Below, in pieces: positions 20,981 to 34,419 of a stretch of 64,000 nucleotides of DNA. Source of the stretch: Malacoraja senta. Taxonomy: Eukaryota. The position numbers and the translations under genes are program-made. The stretch covers positions 744,001 to 808,000 of the forward strand of contig JAXLNO010000110.1 in NCBI GenBank assembly GCA_038087875.1, written 5' to 3'. Position 1 is the stretch's first letter; the number at the start of each line of letters is the position of its first letter. Below the pieces are notes generated by a model. That model saw only the letters and a program-made list of their open reading frames with translations, made no database searches and was not told the DNA's origin.

Positions 20981-22682
20981 CACTTGTGTCCGATCCTGAC
21001 TACGGGTGCTGTCTGTACATAGTTTGTACGTTCTTCCCGAGACCAAGTGGGTTTACCCCGGGTGCTCTAGTTTCCTCCCACACTCCAAAGACGTGCAGGT
21101 TTACAGGTTAATTGGCTGTGGTAAAATTGTAAATTGTCCCTGGTGTGTAGGATAGTGTTAGTGTATGGGGATCGCTGGTCGCCGCGGACTCGGTGGGCGG
21201 TAGGGCCTGTTTCTGCGCTGTATCTCTAAACTAAAAAAATGTCAAACCGCACTTCCGTCCACACTGCATTGTTGTTGCAAAACAAATTATTCTGCAGAAA
21301 ATCATAAATTACTGACATCTTTTTTTTAAAACATAGAACCTAGAAATTGTAAATGCTGAAAATATTCAGTAGGTTTAGATCATAAGGCAGTGGAGCAGAG
21401 TTAGGCCATTCGGCCCATCAAGCCTGTTCCACCATTCGATCGTGACTGATCTGTGTTTCCCTCTCAACCCCATTCTCCTGCCTTCTCCCAGTTACCTTTG
21501 ACACCCTTACTAATCAAGATGATGGGCTGAAGGGCCTGCTCTGTGCCATGTGGTTCGATGGTTTATGTTTGTCTGCATTGGATTGTGGCACGATACTTTT
21601 AGTTTAGTTTAGGACTAGCGGTAAAGTTGCTGACTCACAGCGTTGGAGACCCGGGATTGATCCTGACCACGGGTGCTGTCCGTACGGAGTTTGTTCTCTC
21701 CGTGACCTGCGTGGGTCTTCACCGGGTGCTCTGGTTTCTTCCCGTACTCCGAAGACGTTAAGGTTTGTAGGTTAATTGGCTTGGTAAAATTGTAAATTGC
21801 CCTTAGTATGTGTAGGATAGTGTAAGTGTGCGGGGATCGCTGGCCGGCACGAACTCGGTGGGCCAAAGGGCCTGTTTCTGTGCTGTCTCTCTAAACTAAA
21901 CTAGTTTATTTTCACGCGCACTGAGATATGGCGAGTAGCTTTATTTTGTTGCGGGCCATCCAGTCAGTGAAAAGACTAAACATAATAACTATTAAGCCGT
22001 CCACTGCATACAGATACAGGATAAAGGGAATCATGTTTTAGTGTAACATAACAGCCAGTTATAGGTTCTTGGTGTCGGAAGGAACTGCAGATGCTGGTTT
22101 AAACCGAAGATAGACACAAAATGCTGGAGTAACTCAGCAGGACAGGCAGCATCTCTGGAGCGAAGGAATGGGTGACGTTTCGGGTCGAGAACCTTCTTCA
22201 GACTGAGATTCAGGGGAGAGGGAAACGAGAGAGAAAAGGCGGTGATGTAAAGAGATACAGAAAAAATTATTGAAAGATATGCAAAAAAGTAACGATGATA
22301 AAGAGAACAGGCCATTGGCAGCTGTTTGCTAGGTGAGAACGAGAAGCTGGTGCAACTTGGGTGGGGGAGGGATGGAGAGAGAGGGAATGCAGGGGTTACA
22401 TGAAGTTTTTGATTGTGGTGATTGTATAGAGTTGTATAAAATCATGAGGGAGAGGGTACGGGAATTAAGATCCAGAGGACAGAAATTTAAGGTGAGAGGG
22501 AGATTTAATAGGAACTTGAGGGGCAACTTTTGTAGAGTGGTGGGTTAAGAGAACAAGCTGCCAGAGGAGGCATTTGAGGTTGGTTTAGTTTATCATCATA
22601 TGTGCCGAGGTACATTGAAAAGCTTTTGCATGCAAACCAGTCAATGGGAAGACAATACATGATTACAATCAAGCCATGCAAT

Positions 22683-23195
22683 TATTTAGTTTAGTTTAGA
22701 GATACAGTGCAGAAACAGGCCCTTCAGCCCACCGGGTCCATGCCGACCAGCGATCCCCGCACATTAACACTATCCTACACTGACTAGGGACAATTTATTT
22801 TAACACTACCAGGCCAATGAACCTACAAACCTGTACGTCTTTGGAGTGTAGGAGGAAACCTAAGATCTAGGAGAAAACCCACGCAGATCACGGGGACAAC
22901 GTGCAAACTCCGTACAGACAGCACCCATAGTCAGGATGGAACCCGGGTGTCCGGCGCTGCATTCGCTGTAAGGCAGCAACTCTACCGCTGCTCCACCGTG
23001 AACACCCTTGGTGTTGCTACCAAACCAATTAACAAACAAACCTGTACGTCTTTGGAGTGTTAGAGGAAACCAGAGAAAACCCACGCAGGTCACGGGGAGA
23101 ACTTACAAACTTTGTACCGACAGCACCCGTAATCAGGAGCGGACTAGGGTCTCTGGCGCTGTAAGGCAGCAACTCTATCGCTGCGCCACTGTGCC
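22683..23195 (-). mobile_element. Two adjacent HE1-type SINE copies
   Basis: A full copy at about 22683-23000 and a 3'-truncated copy at about 23020-23195. Confidence 0.8.
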
Positions 23196-23601
23196 GAAAG
23201 GTTCAGAGAAATATGACCAAGCAGGCAAATGGTACTAGCTTAGATGGGGCATCTTGGTCGGCATGGATAAGTTGGACCGAAGGGTTGTATGACTCTATCT
23301 CTATATCATAAGTTGAGTTCATCCCAGATGACTCTGGGGAGAAAAGTTTATCTTAGGATGAAAAGTTAGCATGACTGTTTGGCTTTTCTTCCCTCCCCCT
23401 CCCACCCTGCCTCCTCTTCTTGTCCCTGCCTGCCTCCCCTCACCCCCATCTGCCCGCTCCTCATCCCCTCCACTCCCCCCTCCACCCACCCCCCTCCACT
23501 CCCCACTCCCCTCTCCGCCCTCCATTCTCCACCCCCTTTCCCCTCCCTCTCCCTTTACGTCCCCTCTCCTCTCCACCTCTCCTCTCCTCTCCTCCCCTTA
23601 G

Positions 23602-23833
23602 CAACGCAGTGAATGTGGAAGGTGCGACGCACAAGCAGGTGGTGGACCTGATCCGGGGAGGTGAGCGGGAGCTGCTGCTCACCGTGCTGTCCGTGCCGCC
23701 ACACGAGGCCGAGAGCCTGGACGCGGCGGACGACTCGTCTGGCCACTCCTTCTGCGACTACTCGGAGAAGCAGGCCCTGCCCATCTCCATCCCCAGCTTC
23801 AAGCACGTGGAGCAGGCCGGCGAGAGGTTTGTG
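23602..23833 (+). CDS. SNX27: Sorting nexin-27, exon 2 (end of PDZ, start of PX)
   Basis: Polypyrimidine tract plus TAG acceptor (AG 23600-23601). Encodes [36 protein letters not shown]...[11 protein letters not shown]. Donor GTGAGT at 23834; 232 bp; phases are consistent with exons 1 and 3. Confidence 0.97.
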
Positions 23834-23849
23834 GTGAGTAGCCCGGAAT

Positions 23850-26800
23850 ATTAAATATTCAGGAAGGAAGAGGAGGTGGGGTGGCATTGCTGGTTAAAGA
23901 GGAGATTAAAGCAATAGCAAGGAGAGACATTAGCTTGGATGCTGTAGAATCTATATGGGTAGAACTGCGAAATAGCCAAGGGCAGAAAACACTTGTTGGA
24001 GTTGTATACAGACCACCAAACAGCAGTAGGGAGGTTGGGGACAGCATCAAGCAGGGATTAGGGATGAGTGTAGCAAAGGTACAGCGGTTATCATGGGTGA
24101 CTTTAATCTACATTTAGATTGGGCCAACCAAAGTGGTAGCAGCGCTGAGGAGGAGGATTTCCTGGAATGTATACGGGATGGGTTTTAAACCAATATGTAG
24201 AGGAGCCGACTAGAGGGCAGGCCATCCTAGACTGGGTATTGTGTAATGAGGAAGGATTAGTTAGCGATCTTGTGTGCAAAGCCCCTTGGGCAACAGTCAC
24301 CATAATATGGTGGAATTCTGCATTAGGATGTAGAGTGACACAGTTAATTCAGAGACTATGATCCTGAATTTAAAGAAAGGAGTCTTTGAAGGTATGAGAA
24401 GGGAATTGGCTGGGATAGACAGGCAAATTATACTTAAAGGGTTGACAGTGGAGATGCAATGGCAAAGATTTAAAGACCGCATGGATGAACTCCAAACATT
24501 GTCCATGTCTGACGAAAAAATATAACGGGGAAGGCGGCTCAACCGTGGCTAACGAGGGAAATCAAGGATAGTGTTAAAGCCAAGGAAGAGGCATATAAAT
24601 TGGCCAGAGGAAGCAGCAAACCAGAGGACTGGGAAACATTTAGAACTCAACAGAAGACAAAGGGGTTAATTAAGAGGGGGAATAAAGAACATGAAAGAAA
24701 GCTTGCGGGGAATATAAAAACTAACTGTAATAGCTTCTTCAGATATGTAAAAGAAAAAAAATAGTGAAGACATTTGTTGGTCCCTTACAATCAGAGGAAG
24801 GTGGATTTATAATGGGAAACAAAGAAATGGCAGAACACTTAAACAAGTACTTTGTTTGTGGCTTCCTCAGTTAAGACAGAACCAATCTCCAAGAAATACT
24901 AGTGGACTGAAGATCTAGTGGGAGGGAGGAACTGAAGGGAATCCACATTAGCCAGGAAATGGTGTTAGGTAAACTGTGTAGGAAAGAACTGCAGATGCTG
25001 GTTTAAATCGAAGGTAGACACAAAATGTTGGAGTAACTCAGCGGGACAGGCAGCATCTCTGGAGAGAAGGAATGGGCGACGTTTCGGGTCGAGACCCTTA
25101 TTCAGACTGATGTCAGGGGAGGGGGCGGGACAGAGATAGGAAGTAGTCGGTGACGGTAAGACTGGTGGGAGAACTGGGAATGGGGAGGGGATGGAAAGAG
25201 AGGGAAAGCAAGGGCTATTTGAAGTTAGAGAAGTCAATGTTCATACCATTGGGGTGTAAGCTATCCAAGCAAAATATGAGGTGCTGTTCCTCCAATTTGC
25301 GCTGGGCCTCACTCTGACCATGGAGGAGGCCCAGGACAGAAAGGTTAGATTGGGAATGGGAGGAGGTGTTAAAGTGCTGAGCAACCGGGAGATCAGGTAG
25401 GTTAAGGCAGACTGAGTGGAGGTGTTCAGCGAAACGATCGCCGAGCCTGCGCTTGGTCTCGCCGATGTACAGAAGTTGACACGTGGAACAGCGGATGCAG
25501 GAGATGAGGTTGGAGGAGGTGCAAGTGAACCTCTGCCTCACCTGGAAAGACTCTGGGTCCTTGGATGTAAAGCGACAGGGGAAAGTACCTGGGGAGGGGG
25601 TGGTTTGGGTGGGAAGGGACGAGTTGATGAGGGAGTTGTGGAGGGAACGGCCTCTGCGGAAAGCAGAAAGGGGTGGAGATGGGAAGATGTGGCCAGTAGT
25701 GGGATCCCGTTGGAGGTGGCAAATGGATTATGTGCTATCTGCGACGGCTGATGGGGTGGGTGAGGACTAGGGGGACTGTCCATGTTGCGAATGGGGGGAG
25801 GGGTATCAAGAGCGGAGCTGCGGGATATCGAGGTGACCCTAGTGAGAGCCTCATCTAGAATGGAAGAGGGGAACCCCAGTTTTCTAAAGAGTGAGTTCAT
25901 CTCCGAAGCCCTGGTATGGAACACCTCATCCTGGGCGCAGATGCGGCGTAGACTGAGGAATTGGGAATAGGAGATAGTCTTTACAGGAAGCAGGGTTGGA
26001 AGAAGTATGGTCTAGATAGTTATGGGAGTCAGTAGATTTGTAGTATATGTCGGTTAATAGACTGACTCCTGCGATGGAGATGGTGAGATCCAGATACGGG
26101 AGGGAGATGTCGGAGATGGTCCAAGTCAATTTGAGTGCAGGATGGAAATTAATGGTGAAGTTGAAGTCGGTGAGTTCTTCATGGGTGCAGGAGGCAGCTC
26201 CCATGCAGTCGTCAATGTAGCGGAGGTAGAGTTACGGGATTGGGCCAGTGTATGCCTGGAATGGTGATTGTTCAACGTACCCTACAAAGAGGCAGGCATA
26301 GCTAGGGCCCATGGGAGTGCCCATAGCTACGCCTTGGATTTGGAGGAATTGGGAAGATTTGAAGGAGCGTTAATTAAACAGTTGGGACTGAAGGCAGATA
26401 AATCCCCAGGGCCTGATGGTCTGCATCCCAGATGACTCAAGGAGGAGGCCCTAGAAATCGTGGATGCATTGGTGATCATTTTCCAATGTTCCCCTGACTG
26501 GATCAGTTCCTGTGGACTGGAGGGTAGCCAATGTAACCCCACTGTTTAAGAAAGGAGGGAGAGAGAAAACGAGGAATTATAGACCAGTTAGCCTTAGCGG
26601 GGAAGATGCTGGAGTTGATTGTTAAAAATGTTATGGCAGCGTATTTGGAAAGTATTGACAGGATCGGTCAAAGTCAGCATGGATTTATGAAGGGGAAACC
26701 ATGCTTGACTAATCTTCTGGAATTTTTTGAGGGTGTAGCAAGTAGAATTGCTAAGGGAGAGCCAATGGATGTGGTGTATCTGGACTTTCAAAAAGCCTTT

Positions 26801-27965
26801 GACAAGGTCCCACACCAGAGATTAGTGTGCAAAATTAGAGCACATGGTATTGGGGGGTAGGGTATTGACATGGATAGAGAACTGGTTGGCAGACAGGATG
26901 CAAAGAGTAGGAATTAACGGGTCCTTTTCAGAATGGCAGGCAGTAACTAGTGGGGTGACTCAAGGCTCGGTGCTGGGACGCCAGTTATTTACAATATATA
27001 TTTACGATTTAGACAAGGGAATTAAATGTGACATCTCCAAGTTTGTGGATGACACAAAGCCTGGTGGCAGTGTGCGCTGCAAGGAGGATGCTATGAGGCT
27101 GCAGGGTGACTTGGATAGGTTGGGTGAGTGGGCAGATGCATGGCAGATGCAGTATAATGTGGATAAATGTGAGGTTATCCACTTTGGTGGCAAAAACAGG
27201 AAGGCAGATGATTAATCTGAATGGTGTCAGATTAGGAAAAGGGAAGATTCAACGAGACCTGGGTGTGCTTCTATACCAGTCACTGAAAGTAAGCATGCAG
27301 GTACAGCAGGCAGTGAAGAAAGCTAATGGCATGTTGGCCTTCATTGCGAGAGGATTTGTGTTTAGAAGCAAGGAGGTCCTACTGCAGTTGTACAGGACCC
27401 TGGTGAGACTGCACCTGGAGTATTGTGTGCGATTTTGGTCTCCTAATTTGAGGAAGGACATTATTACTATTGAGGGAGTGCAGAGTAGGTTCACCAGGTT
27501 AATTCCCGGGATGGCGGGACTGACATATGATGAAAGAATGAGTCGACTGGGCTTGTATTCACTGGAATTTAGAAGGTTGAGAGGGGATCTTATAGAAACA
27601 TATAAAATTCTAGGTTTTGGACAGGCTAGCTGCAGGAAAAATGCTCCCGATGTGGGGGGAGTCCAGAACCAGGGGTCACAGTTTAAGAATAAGGGGTAGG
27701 CCATTTGGGACTGAGATGAGGAAACATTTCTTCTCCCAGAAAGTTGTGAATCTGTGGAATTCTCTGCCACAGAAGGCAGTGGAGGCCAATTCACTGGATA
27801 TTTTCGAGAGAGAGTTAGATTTAGCTCTGAGGGCTAAATGAATCAAGGGATATGGGGAGAAAGCAGGAACGGGGTACTGATTTTAGATGATTAGCCATGA
27901 TCATATTGAATGGCGGTGCTGGATCGAATGGCCAACTCCTGCACCTCTTTTTGTATGTTTCTATG
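23850..27965 (+). mobile_element. CR1/HER1 LINE, long decayed ORF2 (endonuclease + RT) with 3' tail, in SNX27 intron 2
   Basis: GGGVALLVKE, VGVVYRPPN, QHGFMKGKPCLTNLLEFFE, DVVYLDFQKAFDKVPH and KFVDDTK, followed by the CR1 3' UTR. Many stops and frameshifts; interrupted by a Penelope copy. Confidence 0.95.
24977..26370 (-). mobile_element. Penelope-like element fragment (RT C-terminus, GIY-YIG endonuclease, terminal repeat) nested in CR1
   Basis: LPYLDLTISI/TDIYYKSTDSHNYL and CIRCSTCQLLYIGETKRRLGDRFAEH...HFN...GMNIDF. The CR1 sequence resumes at about 26375. Confidence 0.9.
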
Positions 27966-27974
27966 TTTGTAGCC

Positions 27975-28445
27975 GTACGGGCCCTTCGGCCCTACCTGTC
28001 CAATCCGGCCAGGGTATGCCATCCAAGAATACAGTCATAAAGCAAGGAAACATGCCCTTCGGCCCACTCGTCCTTGCCGGCCAAGGTGCCCCATCTAAGT
28101 ATCATAGTCATAAAGTACGGAAACAGGCCCTTCGGCCCAACTGGTCCATGCCAACCAAGGTGCCCCATCTAACAATCATAGTCACAAAGCATGAAAACAT
28201 GCCCTTCGGCCCAACTTGTCCATGCCGGCCAAAGTGCCACATCTAAGAGTCATAGACATACAGCAGAGAAGCAGGCCCTTCGGTCCAACTCTTCCATGCC
28301 GACCAAAGTGTCCCATCTCAGAGTCATTGTCGTACAGTACGGAAACAGGTCCTTCTAAGAGTCATAGACATAAAGCACAGAAACAGGCCCTTCGGCCCCA
28401 CATGTCCATGCTGACCAAGGTGCCCCATCTAAGAGTCAGTGGGCC
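27975..28445 (-). repeat. Tandem array (units of about 60 bp) of a LINE/SINE 3'-tail sequence
   Basis: Repeats of AAACAGGCCCTTCGGCCCAAC..GTCCATGCCGACCAAGGTGCCCCATCTAAGAGTCATAG, the reverse complement of the tail seen at about 23240-23297. Confidence 0.85.
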
Positions 28446-28574
28446 TTCCCTGCCTAACCACCCCAGGACCATGTCCCCACAGATGAACACCAGGCCATTA
28501 TCTCACAGACCTCCATCACCGGACCCCCCCATCTTGGACTCCCCAGAACGGCCTTCTACCCTCTCTAGACCTTT

Positions 28575-29990
28575 TTATTTCTAACTGCCGACGTTACATC
28601 AACTGCCTCAATTTTTCCACTCCCCCTACCTACTCGAACCTCACCCCCTCTGAACGTACAGCCCTCCGCTCACTCTGCAGCATACCTGCCATTATAATCA
28701 AACCCGTCGACAAGGGAGGTGCCGTGGTAGTCTGGCGCGCTGACCTCTACTGGGCTGAGGCCAGGCGACAACTCCCAGACACCTCCTCCTACTTATCCTT
28801 GGACCATGATCCCACAGATGAGCACCAGGCCTTAATCTCAAACACCACTTCAGATTTCATCACTTCTGGCTGTCTGCCACAGCCTCCAACCTTATCGTTT
28901 CCCAGCCCCGCACATCCCTGTTTTCCCTTCTCCCCAAATTCCATTAAAAAAAAAACGTCCCTGGCAGACGCATTGTTTCTGCCTGCTCCTGTCCCACGGA
29001 AATGAATTCCACGTACCTCTACTCCATCCTATCCACCCAGGTCCAATCCCTCCCGACCTTTGTCCAAGACATCTTACATGCCCTTCGTCTCTTCATTTAT
29101 ATTTAGAGGATTAATATCAAGTGGACTGGAATACAAAAACAGGGATGTAATGCTGAGGCTCTATAAGGTGCTGCTCAGGCCGCTTTTGGAGAATTTTGAG
29201 GAAGGATGTGCTGGCTCTGGAGAGGGTCCAGAGGAGGTTTACAAGAATGATTCCAGGGATGAGTGGGTTAGCATATGCTGAGCGTTTGACAGCACTGGGC
29301 CTGTACTCGCTGGAGTTTAAAAGATTGAGGGCAGACCTCATTGAAACTTACAGAATAATGAAAGGCATAGATAGAGTGGATGTGGAGAGGATGTTTCCAC
29401 TGGTGGGAGAGTCTAGGACCAGAGGTCATAACATCAGAATTAAAGGGCGCTCTTTTAGATAGGAGGTGAGGAGGAACTTCTTTAGTCATAGGGTGGAACT
29501 CATTGCCACAGAGGCCAAGTCTGGATATCTTTAAGGCAGAGATAGATAGATAGATGCTTGATTAGAGCAGGTGTCGGGGGTTATGGGGACAAGGCAGGAA
29601 AATGGGATCAGGTGGCCGAGATCAGCCATGATTGAATGGCGGAGTTGAATCGATGGGCCGAATGGCCTAATTCTACTCCTATAAGTAGTGAACTTGTGAA
29701 CTTCAATGACTTCCGTTTTCCGAGCCGCCACTCCCTTATTTTACTGTGGACATTTAGTCACTCTACACTTCCATCCCCTACCAGGAAGGCCTTAAAGTCC
29801 TCTGTTTTGTTCCTCAGCCGCAGAATCCTCTACCAACGCTTTCCTCCGCCTGGTCCTCACTCTCAACAACCTCTCCCTCGACTCCTCTCACCCTCTAAGT
29901 CAAAGGAGTAGCCATGGGCACTCGCATGGGCCACAGCTGTACCTGTCTCTCTGTCGAACAATCCCTGTTCAATGCGGGCACTGGCCCTGT
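28575..29990 (+). mobile_element. Penelope RT N-terminal remnant split by a CR1 3' fragment (about 29100-29700)
   Basis: NLTPSERTALRSL, IIKPVDKGGAVVVW...ARRQL..TSSY...DHDPT and, downstream, GVAMGTRMG. Confidence 0.8.
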
Positions 29991-30834
29991 CGGTGGTAAA
30001 GAAAGCAAACGCAATGCTAGCGGGCTAGAGGGCTTGTATACAAAAACTGGGATCTAATGCTGAGGCTCTACAAGGCGCTGGTAAGGCTGTGTTTGGAGTA
30101 TTGTGAGCAAATTTGGGCACCATATTTGAGGAAGGATGTGCTGGCTCTGGAGAGGGTCCAGAGGAGGTTTACGTCACCCATTCCTTTTTCCAGTGATGCT
30201 GCCTGTCCCGCTGAGTTGCTCCAGCTTTTTATGTCTACCTTTGGTTTAAACCGGCATCAACAGTTCCTTCCTACACATTTATTTGCAGTTCCTTCATGCA
30301 CGTGTTTTTCAGTGTGGTTTAGTTTACCGTCGCGCGTACCCGAGGTGCAGCGCTTGGCGTAGGGGGTGTTGGCACACATCGTTTTGGCCAGTTTGTGTCG
30401 ATCTTTGATTTAAACCAGCATCTTCAGGTCTTTCCCACACACAATGTTGTGAGGGATGTGGGCCAAACACGGGCAATTGGTACTGGCTGAGCTGGATGGG
30501 GCATGTTCGCTGGCATGGACGAGTTCTTGGGTGGTGTGTGTATGGAACGAGCTACCAGAGGAAGTAGTTGAGGCAGGTACAATAATAACAACAATTTCAC
30601 ACAGAGTTGTTGAATCTGGTATTCTCTGCCACAGAAGGCAGTGGAGGCCAATTCACTGGATGTTTTCAAGAGAGAGTTAGATTTAGCTCCTGGGGCAAAA
30701 GGAATGGGGAAAAAGCAGGAATGGGGTACTGATTTTGAATGGCTTGAAGGGCCGAATGGCCTACTCCCCGCACCTATTTTTCTATGTTTCTATTTTAACC
30801 CTTGCATCCCCCCCTCCGTCCCCGATCTGTCCAG

Positions 30835-31027
30835 GTTTACAACATCTACATGTCGGGCCGCCAGCTGTGCTCCAAGCGTTACCGGGAGTTTGCCATCCTT
30901 CACCAGAACCTGAAGCGGGAGTTCCCCGACTTTGCCTTCCCTCGACCGCCAGGCAAGTGGCCCTTCTCCCTGTCGGAGCAGCAACTGGACGTGCGACGGC
31001 GTGGCCTGGAGGAGTACCTGGAGAAAG
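30835..31027 (+). CDS. SNX27: Sorting nexin-27, exon 3 (PX domain)
   Basis: CAG acceptor. Encodes [64 protein letters not shown]. Donor G|GTACGC; 193 bp. Confidence 0.97.
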
Positions 31028-31371
31028 GTACGCTGCTTGATTTGTCACATGTACCCAGGTGCCGTGGACATTCATTTTTGTACACAGTTCGACTCGTATC
31101 GCTAAACATTTGCCTAAAACGCTGAGATACTCCAGCATTCTTATAAGAAGAAGGGTCCCGACCCGAAACCTCACCCATTCCTTCTCTCCAGAGATGCTGC
31201 CTGTCCCGCCTAGTTACTCCAGCATCTTGTCTACCATAAGATCGTATGAGATAGGAGCAGAATTAGACTGTTCGGCCCTCAAGTCTACTCCGCCATTCAA
31301 TCATGACTAATCTATCTCTCCGTCCTAACCCCTTCTCCTGCCTTCTCCCCATAACCCCTGACACCCGTACT

Positions 31372-31494
31372 GCTACTCCTTGTATATGGCTTGCACAGCC
31401 TAAAGTTGTAGGTTAACTTGTTCTATTTGATCTTGTTTGTGCACCTCGGGTTCGAAACAGGGTGGACCACGTGAAGGTTGCAATCTCCCTCCCC
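31372..31494 (-). mobile_element. 123-bp retroposon with an HDV-ribozyme-like head (possibly Ingi/Vingi-mobilised)
   Basis: 12-bp TSD GACACCCGTACT (31360-31371, 31495-31506) inside a CR1 tail. The 5' end reads GGGGAGGGAGATTGCAACCTTCACGTGGTCCACCCTG. Confidence 0.7.
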
Positions 31495-32214
31495 GACACC
31501 CGTACTAATCAAGAATCTAGCCATCTCTGCCTTAAAAATATCCACTGACTTGGCCTCCACAGCTGTCTGTGGCAAAGAATTCCACAGATTCCACCAATTC
31601 TGACTAAAGAAAAGGCATGGATAAGTTGGACTGGCAAACTTTTTTCCATGTTGTATGACTATGACTTTATAATTTACATTACACTTGAGTTCTGATGAAT
31701 TTTGGTGCCAGAAATAAGCTATTTGGCGAGACTATTTCTACTTTTGGCATATATGGAAATCACAGACAATGAAAGGTGATTTTTAACCACAGGTATGGTA
31801 AGCTTTCATCAAAATCGTGTTTGATTAGATCTGAGGATCAATTAATTTTGGTCGCCCTGCTGTAGAAAATATGCTACGGAAAAAAGTCTAGAGAGGGTTT
31901 TCTGGGCAGCACGGTGGTGCAGTGGTAGAGTTGCTGCCCTTACTGCACCAGAGACCCAGGTTCAATCCTGACTGCGGGTGCTGTCTGTACGGAGTTTGTA
32001 CATTCTCCTTTTGACCGCGTGGGTTTTCCCCGGGTGCTACAATCTCCTCCAACAGATTTGTCAGTTAATTGGCTTCGGTAAACATTGTAATTTGTCGCTA
32101 TTGTGTAGGATAGTGCTAGTGTACGGGATTGTTAGTCAGAGTGGATTTGTGAGCCGAAGAATACATACTCAGATACATATGAAGGAAGGAACTGCAGATG
32201 TTGATTTAAACCAC

Positions 32215-32875
32215 TGCTATACCTCTCCCTCGACTCTGTCCAGGGACCCTGACAGTCCTTTCAGGTGAGGCAGAGGTTCACTTGCACCTCTCCTCCAACC
32301 TCATCGACTGTATCGACTTGTTGTTCAAGATGTGTACTCTTATACATCGTTGAGAGCAAACGCAGACTGGACGATCGTTTCGCGGAACACCTTCACTCAG
32401 CCCGCCTTGACCTACCTGATCTCCCGGTTGCTAAACACTTTAACTATCCTTCCCATTCCCACACAGATCTTTCTGTCCTAGGTCTCCTCCACTGACAGTG
32501 GAGTGAGGCTAAACGCAAACTGGAGGAACAACATCTCATATTTTGCTTGGGCAGCTTACAGCCCAGTCATATGAATATTGATTTCTCTACTTCAGGTAGC
32601 CCCGGCATTCCCTCTCTCTCTATCCCACTCAAGTCGCACCAGCTTCTCGTTTTCACCCCAACAAATAGCTAACAATGGCCTGTTTCTTTTTATCATCGTT
32701 ACTATTTTTGTATATCTTTCATTCATTGTTCTTTATCTCTCCACATCACCGTCTATATCTCTGTTTTCCTTTCCCCTGACTAGTCTGAGGAAGGGTCTCG
32801 ACCCGAAACGTCACCCGTTCCTTCTCTCCGGAGGTGCTGCCTGTCCCGCTGAGTTACTCCAGCTTTTTGTGTCCA
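32215..32875 (+). mobile_element. Penelope GIY-YIG remnant plus terminal repeat
   Basis: RQRFTCTS...LYIVESKRRLDDRFAEHL...HFN, followed by the common terminal repeat with a hammerhead core. Confidence 0.85.
32785..32812 (+). ncRNA. Minimal type-I hammerhead ribozyme core, sense in SNX27 intron 3
   Basis: CTGAGGAAGGGTCTCGACCCGAAACGTC fits CUGANGA...GAAA with a perfect stem II. Confidence 0.65.
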
Positions 32876-34419
32876 CCAACACTTGGATACATCATCGATA
32901 AGCATCTTAGATACAGTACAAGTGTATAACAGTGGTACACAGACGGTACTGTATACAGAGTCGCCAATTTTGGTGCCATGTTCAAGTCCCAGTTGTAAGT
33001 GCAGGGTTCTTTATCTGCCCTGGAAGGTCAGTTGTCCTGGTGGCGTTGCCAAGGTGTCCCCTGACGCTTGCGGTCCACGTGCTCGGCCTCGGAGCGGCGC
33101 CCGGTCCAGCCGAGCCCCAGGCTGCTGCAGGGCCTCCAGCGGCCCACTGCCCATCAAGGCCGTGCCCCCCTCCTGCAGCCGGTCCGCTTAACGACCCTGC
33201 AAGTGGGTATCCGCCGGTTCCTCGATCTGCAGCGGGCAAGCCGGGCCTTCCGGGCGGGTTCCGGTCCCCTGCGCGTGTCCTCCGGTTGGCAGCCTGGCCC
33301 GGGAGCAGCATCTTTGGAGAACACGGATGGGTGACGATTTGGGTTGGGACCCTTTGAAGACGTAGACATGCAATGTGGAAACAGGCACTTTGGCTATCTG
33401 CATCCTGGCCGACCAGCGATCACCTCGTACACCAGCACTGTCCTGCACACTAGGGACAATTTGCCATTTTACAGAAGTCAATTAACCTACAAATCTGCAT
33501 GTCTTTTGGATGTGTGAGGAAACTGGAGCACCCGGAGGAAATCACGCGGGTCACAGGAGAACGTACAAACTCCACACAGAGGCAGCACCCGAAATCAAGA
33601 TTATGTCCGGTTCTCTGGTGTCGCGAGGCAGCAGCTCTACCGTCCACACCAGTTCTATGTTATCCCACTTTCTAGTCCACCTCCCTACACATTAATGGCA
33701 ATTTGCAGAGGGCCAATTAACCAACAAACCAGCACGTCTTTGGGATGTGGGAGGAAATCCAAGCGATTACAGGAACAAACGTGGAAACTCCACATAGTCA
33801 GTGCCCGGGGTCAGGATCGAACCTGTGTCTCTGGCGCTGTAAGGCAGCAACTCTGCTGCTGCGCCACTGTACCACCCTGTCAGAGTGGTAAAGATGGCGT
33901 ATGGTATGCTTGCCTTCATTGGTCGGGGCATTGAGTGTCAGTCATGAAAAAAGACACAAAGTGCTGGAGTAACTCAGCGGGTCAGACAGCATCTCAGGAG
34001 AACATGGATAGGCGCCGTTTCGTGTCTGGACCCTTTGAAGAGAGGTCGCTGAGGGACGTCAATGGATAGGAAATGTTTTGAGGGAAGATAGACACAAAAT
34101 GCTGGAGTAACTCAGCGGGACAGGCAACATTTCTGGAGAGGAAGGACTGGGTGACGTTTCGGGTCGAGACTGAAGAAAGGTCTCGACTCGAAACGTCACC
34201 CATTCCTTCTCTCCAGAGATGCTGCCTGTTCCGCTGAGATACTCCAGCATTTTGTGTCCAGCATCAATGTACAATATCCGTATTTCTAAAACTATACGAG
34301 ACCACGAATGGCTCCGTCCACCTTGTGATCATTCGTACAACAACAAGCTTGTCTACAACAGATTCGGTCCACTATAACCGGAATCTGTTATAAAGTGGTC
34401 CGTTAAATCGAGAGTGTAC

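Noticed and set aside
32885..33305. GC-rich segment with overlapping ORFs, similar at its start to about 6400-6720
   Set aside because: No protein motif; it is probably an unclassified repeat, too uncertain to call.
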